The notes under the pieces are model-generated. The model worked only from the letters and a program-made list of their open reading frames with translations. It searched no databases and had not been told where the DNA came from. This document shows, piece by piece, positions 9,479 to 18,165 of a stretch of DNA of 52,622 nucleotides. The position numbers and the translations under genes are program-made. This DNA is from a virus (lineage: Duplodnaviria > Caudoviricetes). The stretch covers positions 1-52,622 of IMG/VR virus record IMGVR_UViG_3300023223_001004. The stretch is one strand, 5' to 3'. Position 1 is the stretch's first letter. Every line of letters starts with the position of its first letter.

Positions 9479-9736
9479 TCAAGATATGTATCTTGTTGAG
9501 TAAATGCCGAGTAGCAACCCAATTAAGAAACAAAGTGTTGCATAGCTAATAGCATTTCGACCTAACTTTTTAATGAAAACTTGAGAGCTCCACTTGTGAT
9601 CTTCAAAAGACTGGCGCAATGAGTTGTATTCCATTGCTTTCTCATGAAATTTAAACTCCCAAGCATCGTGATTCTTTTTAATAGCTTCGGCTGCTTTTGT
9701 ATTTCGTTTGATAAACAGTGAATCAAAGTTATTCAT
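9479..9736 (-). CDS. Hypothetical membrane-anchored protein
   Basis: C-terminal hydrophobic segment. Confidence 0.65.
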   Translation of the reverse strand: MNNFDSLFIKRNTKAAEAIKKNHDAWEFKFHEKAMEYNSLRQSFEDHKWSSQVFIKKLGRNAISYATLCFLIGLLLGIYSTRYIS

Positions 9737-9744
9737 CTATAAAA

Positions 9745-9987
9745 TTAACTCACATGTTTTTTAAGAAAATTCTGTTTAAGTACACTTCCAGAAACTGTAG
9801 TAATTTTGGATAGTTGTTCACATTCCGATTCAGTAAGAATAGGGGAATCAAAGACATCTACAACTTGTTCAATTGAAGCACCAATAACCGTGGCTAGTTC
9901 AATAAAACCTTTAGCCCTAATAAAAGCTTGACTATGCGGCTTGGAGCTAAACGATATCGGTTGACGTTGTTCCTTAATAGCTTTCAT
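9745..9987 (-). CDS. Hypothetical protein, possible HTH
   Basis: ELATVIGASIEQVVDV is weakly HTH-like. Confidence 0.55.
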   Translation of the reverse strand: MKAIKEQRQPISFSSKPHSQAFIRAKGFIELATVIGASIEQVVDVFDSPILTESECEQLSKITTVSGSVLKQNFLKKHVS

Positions 9988-10210
9988 AACTTATTCTTAT
10001 GTTTTTTACGTTCGAGAAATTCATTATAGTTATTGGTTCGTCTTTTATCATATATTCCCATAAGACCAATGAGTACTATGATTACCAATATTAGAGGTAT
10101 CCCATAAAGAACTACATTATTCATCTTTTTTCTCCGTTGCTTTAGGGGAGGTAATTCGAGCTCTGATTTCTTTGCGAAAACTTCTACGTTTCTTTTGCTT
10201 GGTTTTCTTT

Positions 10211-10903
10211 TTACTCATGCTTGACTTCTTCCTTTTTTGGCAACTGAGGTTCTTTAATTGGCATTACTGCTAAGATACATTCTGGCAAATAGCAGCTTTG
10301 AGAGTGTTCATTGAAACGAAAATAACCTTCACCATCATACCAGCAATGAATTACTTTACCTTTACAGGCAATCCAACAGAAAGATTCAATAGACTTCCAT
10401 TGAAAAGAATTAAGACTTTGCCAGGTTGGTGTTTTCATCGGCTGATTTCGCATTTTATAAGCCATTGAATTAATGTCAGTAAAATTATTATCACGAGTGA
10501 CTATGACTATCGATTCATCATCAATAATAGATTTAAACATGTAACGTGCAATTGGGTTATCATTAAATGTTGACTCATGTTTTTCACCAACACCTTTATG
10601 GTTGAAATCGCCATCTGTCCATAAGTAATCTTCAGTATTACTTATATAGCGTAAATCAACAGCCCAATCTGGTGCGCCTTTGAACAGCCATTCAGTGATA
10701 TTGTGATACCCACAACCTCTCAGACTTACATTGCTTTTAAAATTCTGAAGTACAGGTTGCTCTGAAAAAAACACTAAATCGTGGTGCCAAATTAAACTTT
10801 CTTCAGGAATATCTAATCCGCATACTGCATGCATAGCTTTTAACTGCTCGTGATTCTTAACTTCACTATAATGTATCCAATCACCATCTTTAAAACCGTT
10901 CAT
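10211..10903 (-). CDS. Hypothetical mosaic phage protein
   Basis: 230-aa ORF with GAPDWA motif; first gene after box promoter 3. Confidence 0.75.
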   Translation of the reverse strand: MNGFKDGDWIHYSEVKNHEQLKAMHAVCGLDIPEESLIWHHDLVFFSEQPVLQNFKSNVSLRGCGYHNITEWLFKGAPDWAVDLRYISNTEDYLWTDGDFNHKGVGEKHESTFNDNPIARYMFKSIIDDESIVIVTRDNNFTDINSMAYKMRNQPMKTPTWQSLNSFQWKSIESFCWIACKGKVIHCWYDGEGYFRFNEHSQSCYLPECILAVMPIKEPQLPKKEEVKHE

Positions 10904-10933
10904 TTCACTGTCTCAATTAATTATTCTACTAAG

Positions 10934-10973
10934 ACAATAACCTGTTTAGTTCGATAAACAGATTAGACCAGTT
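10934..10973 (-). promoter_or_regulatory. FadR-like box promoter 3
   Basis: AACTGGTCTAATCTGTT (10973-10957), 17 nt, then TATTGT. Confidence 0.85.
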
Positions 10974-10976
10974 GAA

Positions 10977-11261
10977 TTAAATTAAAGAACGACCTTGACC
11001 TACACCTCTAACAAACACAGTAGCTGCACCAACTCCAGTAAGCTCAATATCATCCAGGTCTGCTAATTCAACTTCAAAAGTACCGTCTACCAAATCATCA
11101 TCAGGAAATGGCTGAGTACCTGTCTTAAACTGGAGTGCTGGTGTTACTGTTCCAATCACTTGGATATAATGCGTAAATTCTTTGCTTAAATCATTACCGA
11201 CTTGAGCCTTGACGCTTTTTGTCTCAGTATTGGCCAATGTAAAACTCGCACTGTAACTCAT
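10977..11261 (-). CDS. Hypothetical beta-rich protein, possibly virion-associated
   Basis: Thr/Val/Asp/Gly-rich; ATGA overlap with the upstream gene. Confidence 0.65.
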   Translation of the reverse strand: MSYSASFTLANTETKSVKAQVGNDLSKEFTHYIQVIGTVTPALQFKTGTQPFPDDDLVDGTFEVELADLDDIELTGVGAATVFVRGVGQGRSLI

Positions 11262-11536
11262 TCTATAATCTCCGGTGGTTTAAATAAATGCTTGCCTTGT
11301 GACCTTGATAATTGTATAGCAATATTGTTTGAACAATTATTAAATTCAGTGTCTAACTCTGCCTCTGTGAGTCCGTCCTCGCCAAATCCCATTGATTCGA
11401 TATCAATCGCTACTTCTTCTGGGTCACATACTTGACCAAATACATAGACCGTAACACCATCTAGTATGTACGATGCAGGATCTGGAAAGCTGTCTAAATA
11501 TAATTGTGAAGCTGTTTTTTTAAATGCTATGTACAT
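11258..11536 (-). CDS. Hypothetical acidic protein
   Basis: Coupled to both neighbouring genes. Confidence 0.65.
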   Translation of the reverse strand: MYIAFKKTASQLYLDSFPDPASYILDGVTVYVFGQVCDPEEVAIDIESMGFGEDGLTEAELDTEFNNCSNNIAIQLSRSQGKHLFKPPEIIE

Positions 11537-12546
11537 TATGGAAGCTCCAATATTCTTTTAACTGATACACTGCTTATAACTCCATTAAAAGTATCTTCTG
11601 CGAATTGAATCCTTCCGTCAGAAACAGGCTGGTCTATTCCTGAATAACTATCTTGGCTAGATGTTATGTTTTGAACACCAGAATTCCCTATAAAGAAAGC
11701 CATATTTCCAGATGTAACCTTAGAGTTAAGAGACCAAGAATAGATTTGAGTTATTTCTAAAATATTCATCTCTTGTAGCATAATTGCGAAAGCACCAGTG
11801 TAGTCTATATTGTAACTACCAGTTGATGGCTGTGTGACTGCTGCGTTTACAGTATCCCAACCCGCTAGAAGTTGGGGCGCTAATTCTAGCCCAATCCAAT
11901 CACCATCAATAAAAGTAAATTCTTCTCTGTCTGGTACATTTGTAGGTATGTTGTTATAGGTTAGAAGGTTGCTACCTTCTAGAGCCTGTTCGGTGTTACC
12001 GGTTGGTTCTTTGATACGCCAATTAAACGTATTACTTGATGTAGAGTTATCTTGTAATTTAGGGTTAGCAAAAACATTATCAAAAAACAGAGCACCATTA
12101 CTGACAGCTAACGCATCAATGACAAATGAATTCGCAGCTGCTACGGCATCCGTAACCGTATCAATAACAACACCTTCCTCCATGAATTTAAAATCATCAC
12201 CTAGCAACTCTACATCGTATCGTCTAAATTTATTGTCCTTGGTAGTTGCTACTGTTGATGTAACCTGTAAGCCGCCAATGTTAATGCTGGCAAATCCTGT
12301 GCTGAGTATTTGGAAAAAGTTAGCTGCTGAAGCTGATTGGCCTAATATTGTAAAAGTAGTTGCGGCTGTGGGTAGTATTACTTCCGCACCCGCTAAAAAG
12401 TCTCCTGTAGCTGTCCATGTATTCTCAAGCGTGAAAGATGGATTAAGCGTAAGGTCAGTCGTAATAAAAAACCGCTTCAAAATATTTTCAATAGCTTTTG
12501 CTAAAGAACGTTTTATAACTGGTTTAAAGACTCTTCTGATCAGCAT
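11536..12546 (-). CDS. Putative accessory fibre / lectin-like (LamG-like) protein
   Basis: Acidic beta-strand composition, C-terminal FNGVISSVSVK motif seen in carbohydrate-binding virion modules; function inferred. Confidence 0.5.
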   Translation of the reverse strand: MLIRRVFKPVIKRSLAKAIENILKRFFITTDLTLNPSFTLENTWTATGDFLAGAEVILPTAATTFTILGQSASAANFFQILSTGFASINIGGLQVTSTVATTKDNKFRRYDVELLGDDFKFMEEGVVIDTVTDAVAAANSFVIDALAVSNGALFFDNVFANPKLQDNSTSSNTFNWRIKEPTGNTEQALEGSNLLTYNNIPTNVPDREEFTFIDGDWIGLELAPQLLAGWDTVNAAVTQPSTGSYNIDYTGAFAIMLQEMNILEITQIYSWSLNSKVTSGNMAFFIGNSGVQNITSSQDSYSGIDQPVSDGRIQFAEDTFNGVISSVSVKRILELP

Positions 12547-12640
12547 AGAGTTATCTTTGAATGATAATGTACATTAATATTAATTGAAATTTGAATGTCA
12601 TTCAAGCTCACCGTTATTTCGTGCCATGTGTTTATAGATT

Positions 12641-13069
12641 TTAATTATCATGATCTGGCCACAAATGACAGACTCCTTTCGAGCAATCAATTAATCGAAT
12701 ACATTCAGTATGCCCTAAAGTACCATTATGAAGGTCTTCAATTGTGTATCGTTCACCTATAGCGGGATCGTACACTTCGTAATGCACGCCTACTCTTAGA
12801 TCTACAATAATACGATGTAGCATCTTCTTAGCACTAAGAGATGGGACAGTAACCAGATATAAATTACCAGCAAACATTAGTCCACCCTGCTCAAAATGAG
12901 GATAAATAGAATTTTGTACAAGAATTGCTATCTGCTCATTATTTTTATGAGGACCAGTACCGTGATCAACAATCAGCTTCTCCTGATTTACACCAGTAAC
13001 CATACTCAGACAGGCTAAAAGGCAGCACTTTTGCGTAAGTTGTTCCTGGTGCTCGATGTTATTAATCAT
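12641..13069 (-). CDS. Peptidase C39-like papain-fold protein
   Basis: Q...CCLLACLSMVTG, HRIIVD and VYDPA match the Cys-His-Asp layout. Confidence 0.65.
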   Translation of the reverse strand: MINNIEHQEQLTQKCCLLACLSMVTGVNQEKLIVDHGTGPHKNNEQIAILVQNSIYPHFEQGGLMFAGNLYLVTVPSLSAKKMLHRIIVDLRVGVHYEVYDPAIGERYTIEDLHNGTLGHTECIRLIDCSKGVCHLWPDHDN

Positions 13070-13610
13070 TTTTTATCTTCTTCCATGAATTCTTAATTTT
13101 GCTTCCTAAGCTAGAACCAAAAAAATATTGAATTATAGCACTGATAATTGTTCCCATTAAAAATCCAGTTATGGTATCGACTAATCTCGTATTAGCTTCA
13201 GGTATCTCTAAGAATGAGACAGCAAATATATACATAACTGAACTTACTGACCAGAAAGAAGCAAGGTAGTAAACGAAACGCTTAGAAAAAATATCATCCT
13301 GCTGTAAGGCTGTATTTTGCATATTACGAGCATCTTTTGTATTCTCCAAGGCCATTTCATCGAACTTATGTTTATCAGCCATGACAGCTTTGTGAAGCTC
13401 TAATTGTAACTCCGGATTGCCTTCAATCTCTTGAATTATCATATTATTAGTGCGGGAAAATCCTGGATTTGAACCTAATTTATCTGCTACAACTTTACTG
13501 GCTATTCCAAGTAGAGCCCTTGCAGGCTTCTCATTTTTACTTGTAAAAGCATCTACCACTTCTGGAACATATTTTAGGAGTGACATAGCTCCGGTTATTA
13601 ATCCAATCAT
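13062..13610 (-). CDS. Putative holin (GTA / 3TM type)
   Basis: DARNMQ...KRFVYYLA, two C-terminal TM helices, IIQYFFGSSLGSK motif. Confidence 0.7.
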   Translation of the reverse strand: MIGLITGAMSLLKYVPEVVDAFTSKNEKPARALLGIASKVVADKLGSNPGFSRTNNMIIQEIEGNPELQLELHKAVMADKHKFDEMALENTKDARNMQNTALQQDDIFSKRFVYYLASFWSVSSVMYIFAVSFLEIPEANTRLVDTITGFLMGTIISAIIQYFFGSSLGSKIKNSWKKIKND

Positions 13611-13629
13611 TTTTATTTCACCTGTTAGT

Positions 13630-13907
13630 TTATAGAATCATCTGACAAGTTATATTGCCATGGATACAAAGATATTTACGACCATTTTCATAATTTTGAA
13701 TATGTGATTCAGATCCTTTTAAAAATGATGCTAGTCCATTTATGTTGAACTCACCTTTTTCAGTAATGACTTGTGACCTAATACTATCATTCCGCTGGTA
13801 GGTATTTCAGTCACACTAATAACAAGACCAGCATCTACTGTAGTATATGATTCAGGTTCTGAGCACCCACTTAAAAATAGTATAATTGATATCAATAAAT
13901 ACTTCAC
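13630..13907 (-). pseudogene. Frameshifted lipoprotein gene
   Basis: GTG start, lipobox LSGC; frame breaks near 13793; the span is 278 nt, one short of an intact ORF. Confidence 0.6.
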
Positions 13908-14146
13908 TTGTTCCTATCCTTACGTTGTTTGGAAAATTGACGGTAATATGGTTCAGGTTTCTTTCTGAATTCTATTTCATTAAAAAATGGCTTAAGATCA
14001 AGATCGCCCATAGCCATGCCGAAAGCACGCAAAGCTACGCTGGCTTCTTTTACTGAACAACCTAAAGCATTAATCATCTTTGCAGTTATTCGGCTATTAC
14101 CAGCGTAGAAACCACCAATTATAATAACTTCCGACCCCATTATCAT
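13904..14146 (-). CDS. Hypothetical protein
   Basis: ORF with AAGGA RBS. Confidence 0.6.
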   Translation of the reverse strand: MIMGSEVIIIGGFYAGNSRITAKMINALGCSVKEASVALRAFGMAMGDLDLKPFFNEIEFRKKPEPYYRQFSKQRKDRNK

Positions 14147-14149
14147 TCC

Positions 14150-14327
14150 TTAATATTGTTTATCTATCATTACATTACTGGTTAAGTGAATTGATGTGTT
14201 AACCAACACATACAGGCTTCCAGTCATCGCTAGAAGATCCCAACATCCATACTTTTGTAATAATTACGGGTATAGCAATTACTGCTGATACTGAGAATCC
14301 TATAACTAACAAATTTGTAATTTTCAT
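14150..14327 (-). pseudogene. Small membrane protein gene, possibly frameshifted
   Basis: AAGGA RBS and MKITNLLVIG; stops after 42 aa; removing one A from the A4 run near 14255 extends it to the next gene. Confidence 0.4.
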
Positions 14328-14412
14328 ATGAGTTCCTTAAAATTTAGTTTGGATTGGTTGATTTTAGATCGGGTATACCCATGAACTTCACACCATTGTA
14401 TAAAATTACTAG

Positions 14413-14646
14413 TTAAGTGGTTTCACCTAATAAGGCATTATCAGTTTCAGTAAATGCAAACTTAAACAAATCAAGAGCCATATTCATATTTGTCACTTCT
14501 TCGCCAGAAATAGGTTTAAGTAATAGTAAACCATATTCAATTCCATCAATTACAAAAACAGTGCCTTCTGGTAAATCTTGCAACTCACTTTCATCATTCT
14601 TGATAAGAACATTTATTAACTTAAACTTATTCACGTAGAATTTCAT
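14413..14646 (-). CDS. Hypothetical protein (paralog of 16152-16379)
   Basis: AGGAG RBS; shared LDLFKFAFTETD motif. Confidence 0.7.
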   Translation of the reverse strand: MKFYVNKFKLINVLIKNDESELQDLPEGTVFVIDGIEYGLLLLKPISGEEVTNMNMALDLFKFAFTETDNALLGETT

Positions 14647-14678
14647 TCACTACTCTCCTATTAGTTATGTGTTGGTGT

Positions 14679-14945
14679 TTAGTTTAACCTTTTAATAAGT
14701 TTTCCATTCTCATCACATGCTTGGTTTTGCTTATTGAAATAAGTCGGCTTCATACCTGAGAATAAGTCTCCAAAGCCAGGATGTTCTAACTGTATCTTAT
14801 ACATATGCTTGAAGCTTACTGGTATAAACAAGAAGTAATCTCTAGACCAAGAGTATGTGAATATTTCAAATACCTTGCCAGCTGCAAAAGTTTTCTTAGT
14901 TGTAGTCCAGTACTTTGTGGTTTTCTTAAACATCTTCATTACCAT
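14679..14945 (-). CDS. Hypothetical protein
   Basis: First gene after box promoter 4. Confidence 0.65.
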   Translation of the reverse strand: MVMKMFKKTTKYWTTTKKTFAAGKVFEIFTYSWSRDYFLFIPVSFKHMYKIQLEHPGFGDLFSGMKPTYFNKQNQACDENGKLIKRLN

Positions 14946-14961
14946 TAATTAATTCAAACTA

Positions 14962-15001
14962 ATCATTACACATAAATTATGATGAACAGATTAGACCAGT
15001 T
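14962..15001 (-). promoter_or_regulatory. FadR-like box promoter 4
   Basis: AACTGGTCTAATCTGTT (15001-14985), 17 nt ending TGTGT, then AATGAT. Confidence 0.85.
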
Positions 15002-15012
15002 GAATTAGGCAC

Positions 15013-15036
15013 AAAAAAACCGCTAACGTGAGCGGC
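15013..15036 (-). terminator. Intrinsic terminator just upstream of box promoter 4
   Basis: GCCGCT-CACGTT-AGCGG followed by T7. Confidence 0.8.
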
Positions 15037-15095
15037 TACAATGTGAATTAGTTTAAACTTGAAACTGGCATTACACGTATTAAAGTTGATTTGTT

Positions 15096-15290
15096 TTAAC
15101 ATCCCAGTTGCTTAGTGCAAGCTTTAACATCAACATCAGTATCAAAAGGCATGTTATCAGGTATCTCAACAGTTTCACCACACGACAAACAGACTGCCAC
15201 ATCTGAATTTTCAACTGTGTAATCCATTACTCCACCATTCTTACAGTCTTGATGGTATAAACAGTATCTTGGGGTCAGCTTGATAATCAT
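15096..15290 (-). CDS. Small zinc-ribbon-like protein
   Basis: CLYHQDC and CLSCG motifs. Confidence 0.55.
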   Translation of the reverse strand: MIIKLTPRYCLYHQDCKNGGVMDYTVENSDVAVCLSCGETVEIPDNMPFDTDVDVKACTKQLGC

Positions 15291-15298
15291 TATATAAA

Positions 15299-15460
15299 TT
15301 AATCCAAATAACCTTCTTGCTTGGTAATACCACTACCAGAACCACTACTAATTATTTCTCTGGTAATACCTCCACCGGCACCATGATTTGTACATACATC
15401 ACCGTGACCATGAATAGCTTCTCCGCCACCCTCACCCATCACACCTTCTGAAACTTTCAT
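15299..15460 (-). CDS. 53-aa glycine-rich peptide
   Basis: Below the track cutoff; AGGAGG RBS; MKVSEGVMGEGGGEAIHGHGDVCTNHGAGGGITREIISSGSGSGITKQEGYLD. Confidence 0.6.
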   Translation of the reverse strand: MKVSEGVMGEGGGEAIHGHGDVCTNHGAGGGITREIISSGSGSGITKQEGYLD

Positions 15461-15481
15461 AACTACCTCCTAAATAATGTC

Positions 15482-15630
15482 CACCCTCTATTTTTACGCG
15501 CCGAGGGTGACCGGAATTGGCAGTTAGTTTCCGCTACCGGATTAAAGCGCTTTACTATTGGTGAAAGACTCTAACCATACCCGATTGATAAAGCCCTTTA
15601 TTCTTTATCGGCTAGAGCCCTTCACGAATA
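15482..15630 (-). ncRNA. Candidate structured RNA / leader
   Basis: 21-position stem (15556-15630) with one mismatch and three G-U pairs on the minus strand, an inner GATAAAG/CTTTATC hairpin, and two further hairpins. Confidence 0.55.
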
Positions 15631-15678
15631 ATACTTAAACCCCAATCTTTCTCGTTAATAAAATCCCGAATTTCATCT

Positions 15679-15912
15679 CTAATCCTCCTTGAACTGATCT
15701 TTAGCAATCAAAGTATCTATCTTGGTTTCATAATTATTAAGACAGTCGCCGCCCAATGTACGCAGCAACTTATTTTCTAATTCAGTAATGAAAGATTTCA
15801 TTCCATCAATAGTTAAAATACTATGTTCACTTAAATGGTTAATTCTACACCATGCCTTATCAGCTGTGTATTTATGTCTATACAACAATCTAACTTCTGT
15901 CTTTGTCATCAT
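15679..15912 (-). CDS. Hypothetical protein
   Basis: AGGAG RBS. Confidence 0.65.
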   Translation of the reverse strand: MMTKTEVRLLYRHKYTADKAWCRINHLSEHSILTIDGMKSFITELENKLLRTLGGDCLNNYETKIDTLIAKDQFKED

Positions 15913-15943
15913 TATCTCCTAAATAATACAAAGCTAATTTATT

Positions 15944-16165
15944 TTATATATCTAACTCTAATTTCACTTTATTCACCATCGACATTATTTCTCGATGAGG
16001 GTAATTCATTTCCAATAACTTAAGTAATACTCTCATCCAAGCTGCTATAGCGTCACTACTGTCATAATCTGCTACTTTTTCATAATGCTCCTCAATCTTT
16101 GCCCGAAGAATACCTTTTCGAGTATGACGGTTTAGGGCTTTGAAAAATTGTTTAAGTTTTTTCAT
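15944..16165 (-). CDS. Hypothetical protein
   Basis: Track ORF 15944-16192; probable start at internal MKKLKQ. Confidence 0.6.
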   Translation of the reverse strand: MKKLKQFFKALNRHTRKGILRAKIEEHYEKVADYDSSDAIAAWMRVLLKLLEMNYPHREIMSMVNKVKLELDI

Positions 16166-16379
16166 TGTCATGATCCACTTCAGTAAATCCAAATTTAAAC
16201 ATTTCGAGGCTAACGCTTAATGACACTTGATCTCCTGCAAGATTAACTGATTCATACTCAATACTTTCAATTTTAAAAGTAGTATTGGCTGGTACTTGAA
16301 ACATACAATGTCCTTCTGGTGTCCACCAGATAACCTGATCTATCTTGTGGTTGTTAGTGTAAGTCTTCATCTCACCCAC
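16152..16379 (-). CDS. Hypothetical protein (paralog of 14413-14646)
   Basis: Shared LEMFKFGFTEVD motif. Confidence 0.65.
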   Translation of the reverse strand: MGEMKTYTNNHKIDQVIWWTPEGHCMFQVPANTTFKIESIEYESVNLAGDQVSLSVSLEMFKFGFTEVDHDNEKT

Positions 16380-16662
16380 CTTTCGCTTTAGCTAGTAATT
16401 TGCAAATTTCATAAGTAACATTATCCAGATCATATTCTGGATGAGATTTACGTATTGCGTCTATTAAGGAAACGGTTCCTTCTAAAGTTTTATACATTTC
16501 ATCAGCTATAATCACGCGAAATTTTAACTCATCACATAAAGCTACAGTCTCAACATCACATTTTTCAGAAGCCATTAAATATTGATAGTCCAATTGAAGT
16601 ATTAAAAATTTAGTATCTTTTAATTTTAATCTTGCTTCTTCTGGTGTGGTCATGATCTGCAC
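16372..16662 (-). CDS. Hypothetical protein
   Basis: Coupled ORF in the gene string. Confidence 0.65.
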   Translation of the reverse strand: MQIMTTPEEARLKLKDTKFLILQLDYQYLMASEKCDVETVALCDELKFRVIIADEMYKTLEGTVSLIDAIRKSHPEYDLDNVTYEICKLLAKAKGG

Positions 16663-17126
16663 CTGCAGTGTTCATTTCCGCACATATAAGAATAATCTCC
16701 GTCATCGTGAGGTTTATCACAAACGAATTCTTCATTAATGCTTATGTATCTACTATCAGGGGTTACAGTATATTTCATATTACTAGCTGAGTTATACACT
16801 ACGTTGCCTTGAACTAATTTACGAGGTGGCGCTTCTAGAACAGACGATTGTTGGTATAGTTTTTTGAATTCCCCTGGAGGTTTACACTCAATACCTCTGA
16901 ATGTTACTGATATTTTATTTTCGTCGTAAAGTTGTTTTTCTGGTAAAGGTATCCACGAAATAATTTCAGAGATAGAGCCTATTATGTTATACCAACGCTT
17001 GAGGTCGTTATACCAGTAAACCTCACAAAAACCTTCTACTGAGTCTGTAAAATCGTTTTTATGTGTACCGTATCCTATAATATGCGTTCCGTCCTTTGGT
17101 GCCGTTTTTATATTTCTAAGCATCAT
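16650..17126 (-). CDS. DUF551-like domain protein
   Basis: IKTAPKDGTHII...SWIPLPE signature, Cys-rich tail. Confidence 0.7.
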   Translation of the reverse strand: MMLRNIKTAPKDGTHIIGYGTHKNDFTDSVEGFCEVYWYNDLKRWYNIIGSISEIISWIPLPEKQLYDENKISVTFRGIECKPPGEFKKLYQQSSVLEAPPRKLVQGNVVYNSASNMKYTVTPDSRYISINEEFVCDKPHDDGDYSYMCGNEHCRCRS

Positions 17127-17150
17127 TATTTATTCCTTTATAAGTTCTTG

Positions 17151-17342
17151 TTAAATATCTATCTGTTTATTAATTTCAACTTCCCTGATATCTACAGATG
17201 TACGTCTTTCTCTATATTTATTTTCATATTCCTGTATAGCAATACGCATATCAGTATTATTATCAAAAACTCCTACCAACTTACTTTCACTAGTGCCATA
17301 TTGATCACTTATCTCTACAGTCATTGTCACAATTTTAAGCAT
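17151..17342 (-). CDS. Hypothetical protein
   Basis: First gene after box promoter 5. Confidence 0.65.
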   Translation of the reverse strand: MLKIVTMTVEISDQYGTSESKLVGVFDNNTDMRIAIQEYENKYRERRTSVDIREVEINKQIDI

Positions 17343-17370
17343 TTTAATTATCCGTTGTTTTGATGATGTA

Positions 17371-17410
17371 ATGATTACACAAAAATACCGATAGAGTGGA
17401 CAGACCAGTT
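17371..17410 (-). promoter_or_regulatory. FadR-like box promoter 5
   Basis: AACTGGTCTGTCCACTC (17410-17394), 17 nt ending TGTGT, then AATCAT. Confidence 0.78.
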
Positions 17411-17556
17411 ATTTTTGTTCGACTTGATGGCACTTACCAGCATCCCAATTAAACGCGGGACGATAAACCTTTCCTTCGAACCATATACAGCCCATTTTAC
17501 GCCATTGATCCACTTGATTCCTATGCTTGCCTATCGTATCTGCAAATGCTCTTACA

Positions 17557-18135
17557 TTACCGTTTTGTTTTCGGAGACTTTAATTTGTTTAAAGCCGTTA
17601 TAGCCTCAAGGGGAACCATATTGGCTTTTACTTTTGGTTTCGGTATGAACGGGGTGAATATTTTTGTGATTTTTTCTAACTGATTAATCGTTCTAACTGA
17701 TAAAAGAACATCACGTATATTTCTTGAAACTTCTCTTGCTTCAAAAATTATGTTTTTAGCTTTTTCTATTTCAACTTCTAAGTGCTCTTTAATGCCTGAA
17801 GTACCTATATGAGCATAAGCACAAACATAAGTTCGACTTAAATCAACATTTCTTTGGATTGATACAACCTCATGATCTTTAAACGGACACATAACCTTGT
17901 ACCCAGCTTCCCACTTACCATATAGATTGAAGTTCTGAGTTCCTGTTACACTTCCAATTGTTTCCATTTCGTTTTTCAACTTCATCACAGCAGCTGAAAA
18001 CCCGTTATCTTTTTTGGATAAATATTTATCACATTTTTCTTTAATAGTTTGATCAATAGCTGCCATTTCATCCTTAAATTGATCTCTCATCACCGATTCA
18101 AAAAGCTGCGATCTTATTTCTTTATTTAAATTCAT
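17557..18135 (-). CDS. Nmad5-like (nucleotide-modification-associated domain 5) protein
   Basis: MNLNKEIRSQL start and VLLSVRTINQLEK near the C-terminus recall this family; size fits. Confidence 0.55.
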   Translation of the reverse strand: MNLNKEIRSQLFESVMRDQFKDEMAAIDQTIKEKCDKYLSKKDNGFSAAVMKLKNEMETIGSVTGTQNFNLYGKWEAGYKVMCPFKDHEVVSIQRNVDLSRTYVCAYAHIGTSGIKEHLEVEIEKAKNIIFEAREVSRNIRDVLLSVRTINQLEKITKIFTPFIPKPKVKANMVPLEAITALNKLKSPKTKR

Positions 18136-18165
18136 TTTTTCATTTCCATTTATTTGTGAGATTTA

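Noticed and set aside
11969-12577. 202-aa plus-strand ORF
   Set aside because: Fully antisense to the 336-aa gene, with no RBS or recognisable motif
15482-15630. tRNA or known self-cleaving ribozyme
   Set aside because: No T-loop GTTC motif or cloverleaf, and no hammerhead CUGAUGA/GAAA core; kept only as an unclassified structured RNA
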